From a bacterium (GTDB taxonomy: Bacteria; UBA8248), in the NCBI GenBank assembly GCA_965219955.1, contig OZ244799.1:2592001-2656000 (forward strand): a stretch of 64,000 nucleotides of DNA. Reading direction: 5' to 3'. Positions 57,938 through 64,000 of this stretch are shown piece by piece; position 1 is the first letter of the stretch, and each line of letters starts with the position of its first letter. A program made the translations under genes and the position numbers. The notes under the pieces were generated by a model, which was given only the letters and a program-made list of their open reading frames with translations, was not told the DNA's origin and searched no databases.

Positions 57938-59391
57938 CTCCTCCCCCCGAAGGCGCCGAGAATCTTCTCCGCCCGGTCGTCCAGAACCCCCGCCGCCTCC
58001 TCGTGGCTGGGGCCGTAAAACCCTCCCACCACCTTTCCGTCCGGGTCCGTGAAGCCGTTCGCCTCGACCGTCACGTCATACGCCAGGCTCGATTTCCGCC
58101 ACCCCGTCAGCCGCGCCCGCGCTTCCACGTCTACTGCCGTGCGAAGGTTCAGGAACCGCACCGCGCCCTCCAGCGTATCGGCCGAGAGAACGATTTCCGC
58201 CTCGCCGAACACCGGAGCGAACTTTTCCATATCGGTCGCCAGCAAGGAGCCGCTCCACGTCAGCGTGCCCGTATGCGCACCGGCGAAATCCGCATCGGAC
58301 TGGTTGCCAAAAACATCCGCCTCCACCGCGATATGATCGGTGATGCGCGTGGTGGAGAAGGTCATGTGCCGGGCCGCCGTGACCACCCACGCCGAGTGTT
58401 CCGCCCATGCGCCGTAGCTGTAGAGCTCGGGCTCCTCCGGATAATCATCCGCCACGGTGTATCCGATATCCTTCATGTAAGCGAAATCCATTTCATGCGG
58501 AATCGCAATATCATCGCCGCAATAGGACATGATCATGGGGCAGGCGCCCAGATGACCAATATCCGGTTCACCGTCGCGATCCTTCTGGAAGGGCACGTTC
58601 CTGCCTCCATTGGCCGCCGTCAATGCCGGGCCGGTCCATACCCCCCGGTCGAAGTCCACATAACGGGAAATTGCCTCCGGTACCGTTGTGCTTGACGCAC
58701 TATGTCCGATTGCGTGGCCAATCTCATGAGCGGCGATATAAGCGAACCACAATGGTCCTCTGTTGATGTCTCTTGCCGCCACCTCGAACCAACCCGTCCT
58801 GACCGTAAAGTCCTGCCCCACAACCTGTTCGTACCGATAAAGTCCCCTGGAACCCCCGAAATTTCTATTCTCCCACTTGGGATTCTCATAATCAGTCTCG
58901 AAATCAAGGAGAATTCCGTCCACCAGACGCGGGATCTGTTGCCCGTTCTCATCCAATCCCTTGCGGGTCACCACTCCATCTGTGGACTCGTAGGGGCCGA
59001 GCACGTCCTTGAGCCTGTGGGACCAGGCCTTTCCCGCTCGCTCCAGGCCTCCCTTCACGAAATCCGGCAACGGGTCGAAATACCCGGTGAAATCGATGTC
59101 GATGGTGTCCGTCGGGCCCGACATCCGCTGCGCGTACGTTATCCCGTTCTTCGAACCCAGGACGGAATACCCCGAAGCGTCCAGACCCTCGAACCGGGGG
59201 AGGCTGCCGCCTCCTTCAAGACCGAAGTAGGTGGCGAGCGGCTCGGTCGATTTCCACGTATCCCGAATGTCCACTCCCGCGGTGTTCACGATGGCGGCGG
59301 GGACGGGAATGAAACTTCCGCCGCCCCCTCCCCCGCCGCCGCAGCCGTAAAGCGTGAGAACGAAAGACAGAAAAGCAGCCGGAACCTTCAT
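57934..59391 (-). CDS. zincin metalloprotease lipoprotein with TbpB-like barrel, paralogue A1
   Basis: LYGC; HEIGHAIGH; GAFGGRR. Confidence 0.85.
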   Translation of the reverse strand: MKVPAAFLSFVLTLYGCGGGGGGGGSFIPVPAAIVNTAGVDIRDTWKSTEPLATYFGLEGGGSLPRFEGLDASGYSVLGSKNGITYAQRMSGPTDTIDIDFTGYFDPLPDFVKGGLERAGKAWSHRLKDVLGPYESTDGVVTRKGLDENGQQIPRLVDGILLDFETDYENPKWENRNFGGSRGLYRYEQVVGQDFTVRTGWFEVAARDINRGPLWFAYIAAHEIGHAIGHSASSTTVPEAISRYVDFDRGVWTGPALTAANGGRNVPFQKDRDGEPDIGHLGACPMIMSYCGDDIAIPHEMDFAYMKDIGYTVADDYPEEPELYSYGAWAEHSAWVVTAARHMTFSTTRITDHIAVEADVFGNQSDADFAGAHTGTLTWSGSLLATDMEKFAPVFGEAEIVLSADTLEGAVRFLNLRTAVDVEARARLTGWRKSSLAYDVTVEANGFTDPDGKVVGGFYGPSHEEAAGVLDDRAEKILGAFGGRR

Positions 59392-59452
59392 TATCTCTTC
59401 CCTGTTCTTGTCCGCCGCCCTGAAGATTCAAGGCAATTCCCGAAAGGCGGCT

Positions 59453-60850
59453 CTATCTCACTCCGCCGAACCCGGCGCTCATGTCCGCCCTCTCCACGAC
59501 GCCGCCCATCCCCTCATGATTCGGGCCGAAGAACATTCCCGTAACCTCGCCCGCATCGCCACCCGTTTGATAGAACGCATTGCCCCGGACGATGACGCTG
59601 TAGCGCAGGTCTCCGTCGTTCCACCGCGTTCCCGAGCCGACAGGGCCTGGAGCAGTATAAACGCCCCAGTGCTCCAAGCCTGTGAAGTCTATCCGGCCGG
59701 TGAGCGTTGCGAGGTTGATGGTCAAATCGGCTGCTCCGGCGAGCGATTCCGACCTGGAAGTGAAACCAAGGAGACGGCCAACCCAGCTTGCGCTGCCGGA
59801 TAGAGCCTGATTATCCGCCAGGTTCGTTTCCGGGCTTTGGCCGTGCGCCCAGGGTTGAATCAGGCCGTTCCTTGAAGATGCGCCGAATGATACGTCATCC
59901 ATATCGCCGCGAAGATGAAAGGATACATCCGTCCACGGGCCGAGGTCGTTCGGGTCATACCGCTTAACCCCATTCTCATGGAAGAAACGGGTGTAGAGCG
60001 CATAGAGAACGTCCCTGTCAATACCCGGCAGGGTAACCAGCGGGAAATTCAGATAGTCCGTATTCATGACCGACCGATATTCGTGCGGCTCGATATGCTC
60101 AAGAAAACCGAGCGCATGAAATATCTCGTGAGCCAGCACCTTCCTCACTTGGTTCGTTGTCCTTACGATATCGGTATTCACCCAGATATAAGAAGCTGGC
60201 CCTCCACCTGAATGTGCGCCTGAGTATTCCACACCAGCTGCTAACACAGGTGGTATTTCTTCCTGGGGCCATTCGCCCTGCGGTTCGATGCCAACGTATA
60301 TCTGGCCGTCAGGAATATAATGACTGTCGCCTAAGGCAGGGCGCGGGGCACGCTCCGATGAGACGGTTATCCTTTTGTCATAGGGCAATGCGCTGTTTAT
60401 CAACTGCACGGTTCGGACTATTTGATCTACATAAATATCTCTGGTTGTTCGCCGGATGGAAACAGTAGGTTTTAGTCTGAAATTGCGAAGATAAGAAACG
60501 CCGGGGTCACTCGTAAATCCCACAACCGCTTGCTTGCCAAGGTAGTCATTCACCCTTACGGAACTCTCCCCATCTCTGATGTGGCCTGCCGATATAGCAA
60601 CTCTACCATGCGCTCCTGATCGAGATAAGTTGTTGAGGGAAGGCCTGTCGGCGGCCCCAACCTGAACGCCGTCGCGAAATGCAGTTATGGGTGCATTTAC
60701 CGCCTGGGCCGGTATCAGGGCGGGCTGCCTGGAGAGAGACGATCCGCCACCGCCACCTCCTCCTCCGCCTCCACCGCAGCCGGGCAATATCAACGCGAAC
60801 GAGAGAAGAGCGCTGAATGCCTTTTGAGCGAAACGATTTTTGTTTCTCAT
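59453..60850 (-). CDS. metzincin lipoprotein with TbpB-like barrel, paralogue B2
   Basis: LPGC; HEIFHALGFLEH; SVMN Met-turn; AGFGGVR. Confidence 0.85.
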   Translation of the reverse strand: MRNKNRFAQKAFSALLSFALILPGCGGGGGGGGGGGSSLSRQPALIPAQAVNAPITAFRDGVQVGAADRPSLNNLSRSGAHGRVAISAGHIRDGESSVRVNDYLGKQAVVGFTSDPGVSYLRNFRLKPTVSIRRTTRDIYVDQIVRTVQLINSALPYDKRITVSSERAPRPALGDSHYIPDGQIYVGIEPQGEWPQEEIPPVLAAGVEYSGAHSGGGPASYIWVNTDIVRTTNQVRKVLAHEIFHALGFLEHIEPHEYRSVMNTDYLNFPLVTLPGIDRDVLYALYTRFFHENGVKRYDPNDLGPWTDVSFHLRGDMDDVSFGASSRNGLIQPWAHGQSPETNLADNQALSGSASWVGRLLGFTSRSESLAGAADLTINLATLTGRIDFTGLEHWGVYTAPGPVGSGTRWNDGDLRYSVIVRGNAFYQTGGDAGEVTGMFFGPNHEGMGGVVERADMSAGFGGVR

Positions 60851-60894
60851 GTGGTTATCTCTACTTATAGGAAAGTGAATTTTGAACCACTCAA

Positions 60895-62268
60895 CTATCG
60901 CGTCCCGCCGAACCCTGCAGACATATCACTTCGTTCAACGACGCCGCCCATCCCCTCATGATTCGGGCCGAAGAACATCCCCGTAACCTCGCCCGCATCG
61001 CCACCCGTTTGATAGAACGCATTGCCCCGGACGATGACGCTGTAGCGCAGGTCTCCGTCGTTCCACCGCGTTCCCGAGCCGACAGGGCCTGGAGCAGTAT
61101 AAACGCCCCAGTGCTCCAGGCCGGTGAAATCTATCCGGCCGGTGAGCGTTGCGAGGTTGACGGTGAGGCCCGCGGCCCCGGCGAGCGATTGCGAATCGGA
61201 CGTGAACCCCAGGAGGCGACCAGCCCAGGTTGCGCTGCCGGATAGAGCCTGATTATCCGCCAGATTCGTTTCCGGACTCGGCCCATGCGCCCACGGCTGA
61301 AGCAATCCGTTCCTCGAGGATGCTCCGAACGACACGTCATCAAGGTCGCCGCGCAGGTGGAAGGAAGTGTCAGTCCATGGCTCCAGGCTATTTGGATCCC
61401 ACAGCTTGTATCCTCCCTGTACTTCCTGGAAGCGAGAGAAAATAGCATAGAGCGCATCCGTATCAATCTGGAAAAGAATATGCGCTGGATAGGGGAATTG
61501 ATATCTTATGTTCATAATTGAGCGATATTCGCCCGGTTCAATATGCTCCGGCAAACCGAGCGCGTGGCCAATCTCATGGGCCAGTATTTTCCTGATGTAA
61601 CTCGCGTTGTTTTGTGCTGTAACGGGGTCAGCCCATATGGAGGACTTCGAATTGTATCCAGTTTGGACACCGGCAACTTTCACGGGCGGCCTTTCCTCTA
61701 TAGGCCATTTGTCCTGCGGTTCGATGCCAACAAAAATTTCCCCGTCTGATATGTAATTGCTCCATACATGGTCGTTTATACCTGAACCTGGATGAAAGCC
61801 GCGCCTGGGTGAGATGGTAATCTTTCTATCGTGCGGCAAGGCGGTATTGATGAGCTGAACTGTTTTGACTATATCGTCGACATATCTGTTTTCAGTCGTT
61901 TCCCGGATGATGATTGTTGGTTTCTGATTGAAGGCATCCAGATATTGACTGCCTGGCTCATCGGGATATTGAAGAACTGCCTGTCTTTGCAGGAAGTCGT
62001 TTACGCGCTCGGCGCTCTCGCCATCGCGTATGCGGCCTGTAGATACGGCAACTTCGCCATGCGTTCCGGCCAACGACAGGGCATTGCGGGCTGGCCTGAC
62101 GTCAGCGCCGACCTGAACCCCGTCCCTTAAGAATACGATGGGCGCATTCCTCGACTGGGCGGGCATCAAGGCGGGAAGCCCGGGGAAAGTTGCGCCGCCC
62201 CCGCCCCCACCCCCGCCGCAGCCGTAGAGCGCAAGAACGAACGACAGAAAAGCAGCCGGAACCTTCAT
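60895..62268 (-). CDS. metzincin lipoprotein with TbpB-like barrel, paralogue B1
   Basis: LYGC; HEIGHALGLPEH; SIMN; AGFGGTR. Confidence 0.85.
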   Translation of the reverse strand: MKVPAAFLSFVLALYGCGGGGGGGGATFPGLPALMPAQSRNAPIVFLRDGVQVGADVRPARNALSLAGTHGEVAVSTGRIRDGESAERVNDFLQRQAVLQYPDEPGSQYLDAFNQKPTIIIRETTENRYVDDIVKTVQLINTALPHDRKITISPRRGFHPGSGINDHVWSNYISDGEIFVGIEPQDKWPIEERPPVKVAGVQTGYNSKSSIWADPVTAQNNASYIRKILAHEIGHALGLPEHIEPGEYRSIMNIRYQFPYPAHILFQIDTDALYAIFSRFQEVQGGYKLWDPNSLEPWTDTSFHLRGDLDDVSFGASSRNGLLQPWAHGPSPETNLADNQALSGSATWAGRLLGFTSDSQSLAGAAGLTVNLATLTGRIDFTGLEHWGVYTAPGPVGSGTRWNDGDLRYSVIVRGNAFYQTGGDAGEVTGMFFGPNHEGMGGVVERSDMSAGFGGTR

Positions 62269-62499
62269 CGTCTCTCCCCTGTTTTTATCCGGCGCCCTGA
62301 AAATTCAAGGCGATTCCCGAAAGGCGGCGATGCGCCCTGGGGAACCGCGGCCGGGGAGCGCGGACTCCCGGGAGGTAGCCGTCATCCGTGATGACGTTGT
62401 TCTGTGGTCATTGCGACTCACCATACAGAATTATTGACCGATAAGTCAATATAAACGGGCAGAGGGCTGGAATTCTCGTCCCATCCCGGCGGCGCACCG

Positions 62500-63065
62500 C
62501 CTTTTCATACCCCCCTGACAAGGGGTTGTTGAAAAAGCCCGATAAAAGAGGAATGGCGATTGTAGGGACAACCCTCCGTGGTTGTCCTGTGCAGGATGGT
62601 TGCCATCAGGACAGGCACGGAGGCCTGTCCCTACGGGGCGACGCCTCTTCGGTCGGTTCGACTGCCCCCTCATTTGTTCAAAACCAACCCCCCCCCTACC
62701 CCCCCTTGTCAGGGGGGCAAGAAAAAGCAAACCCCCTCATCCCGGCGGGGGGCGCATCGCCGCACTGCCTGGTTGTTGAAAAAAGCTGACAATACCGAGA
62801 TTGCCGTCATTCCGGCGCATGCCGGAATCCAGAGCCGATGGGAGAATTCCGAGTCGAGAGAATCCCGCCGCCTGAACCGGTTTGCCACATTCCCGTTTTT
62901 CTTCCACGTCCGTCCGCCTGGATTCCGGCATGCGCCGGAATGACGAACCAAATCGAGAACTGCAAGTTTCCGCAGGGGTCGTTCGCGAACGACCCCTGCA
63001 ATCGGATTGACTGCCTCTTCGGTCGCGACAAACCTTCGTTCATGAGCTCAAGCCCGTGGACACCC
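62500..63065. repeat. mosaic of REP-like palindromic repeats
   Basis: gtagggacaaccctccgt..acggaggcctgtccctac pair; gtcattccggcgcatgccggaatcca inverted pair (62806-62944); ccccttgtcagggggg. Confidence 0.7.
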
Positions 63066-63283
63066 CCGGCGCCGGGAGCCGGGAACCGCGCCCGTTCGCA
63101 TTAAAACCCGTTCGGTGGGAAAATACGGCTTGCGTCTCACGGGCCCCGGACGAAGGCCGGAAGAACGCCTGGACTTCCGGGCGCGTATCCCGGGGCGATG
63201 GCGCATCGAGGGAACATCCACCGGCGGGCGGGCGCGCCGGGGCCGGCGCTTTTCATCCCGCCGCAGACTCAGGAGGAACTGCA

Positions 63284-63751
63284 ATGGCCGAAGACCATCA
63301 TCATTTCATGGGGTTGACGCTCGAGGAGTCGCGTCTTGCGCTCGAGGCGGGGAACTCCCCCGTCGGCTCGATCATCGTCAGGGACGGAGAAATCATCGGC
63401 AGGGGGCAGAACCGCGCCATCTCCCACAACGACCCCACCTGCCACGGCGAGACCGACGCCATCCGGAACGCATGCCGCGAACTGGGCGCGCCCGACCTGC
63501 CCGGCTCGACGCTCTACACGGCGATGGAGCCCTGCCCGATGTGCTGCTGGGCGATCGTCCTGGCGAAGGTCGAAACGCTCGTCCTGGGCGCGCGCCACGC
63601 GGAAATGGGGCGAACCGACTACGGGGACTATTCCGTCGAGAAACTCCTGGAGATGGGGAACCAGACCGTGGAGCTCGTCACCGGGGTCCGGGTGGCCGAA
63701 TGCGAGGCCTTGAGGCGCAGCTGGTCGGGATGGGTGGAGCCCGAAGCGTAG
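63284..63751 (+). CDS. nucleoside deaminase (TadA/guanine deaminase-like)
   Basis: PVGSIIV, DPTCHGE, EPCPMC zinc motifs; AGGAGG RBS. Confidence 0.9.
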   Translation: MAEDHHHFMGLTLEESRLALEAGNSPVGSIIVRDGEIIGRGQNRAISHNDPTCHGETDAIRNACRELGAPDLPGSTLYTAMEPCPMCCWAIVLAKVETLVLGARHAEMGRTDYGDYSVEKLLEMGNQTVELVTGVRVAECEALRRSWSGWVEPEA

Positions 63752-63799
63752 CCGCAGGGGGCTGCCCGAAAAGTCCTCACATCTCCCTCATCCCGGGTA

Positions 63800-63905
63800 G
63801 CGGCCCTTCGACAGGCTCAGGACAGGCTCCCTCGACTTCGCTCGGGGCAGGCTCCGCCCCCGTCTTCCTCATCCTGAGTAGCCGCCGAAGGCGGCGTATC
63901 GAAGG
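63800..63905. repeat. REP-like repeats (cccttcgacaggctcagg type)
   Basis: two direct copies plus an inverted cctgag..tcgaagg partner. Confidence 0.55.
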
Positions 63906-64000
63906 ACAACCGCGCGCAGTGCGGAAGCGATTGCTCCGCGCGCCGGGAGACGCCTTTTGACCCTTTCTCTTCGGTCGGGTCGAACCTTCGGTACGGCGCT

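Noticed and set aside
44571-62268. Diversity-generating retroelement (RT near variable lipoproteins)
   Set aside because: The RT lies inside a full group II intron with DV/DVI. No Avd gene and no TR/VR pair with adenine-specific mismatches was seen.

Overview
GC-rich bacterial accessory region, almost all mobile DNA and surface-protein genes. 1-12.4 kb is the remnant of a conjugative element/ICE: strawberry-notch methylase-helicase, toprim primase, frameshifted HU, ssb, DUF4326, DUF2493 and an RHH gene, with an intact IS1111-type IS110 element. 12.4-42.5 kb is cargo: three toxin-antitoxin pairs, a LysM-NERD gene, a ~2000-aa Spondin/Calx-beta autotransporter, two tandem tyrosine integrases, IS256 copies, and many lipoproteins with a C-terminal TbpB-like barrel, including an exact 1981-bp inverted duplication. 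A covarying three-way-junction RNA motif follows several of these lipoprotein genes. 42.5-48.2 kb is one group II intron carrying two parasites. The first is an IS1111 whose non-coding (seek/bridge) RNA has guide segments matching the intron domain I target. The second is a 2.2-kb large serine recombinase element integrated into the PQGG motif of the intron RT, with a near-perfect palindromic attP. Then come an IS66/DUF4338 unit split by IS256, a collagen-like gene plus a PRTase gene, a tandem mosaic array of five zincin-barrel lipoproteins, REP-like repeats and a nucleoside deaminase. All calls were made by eye from motifs; no database searches were run.
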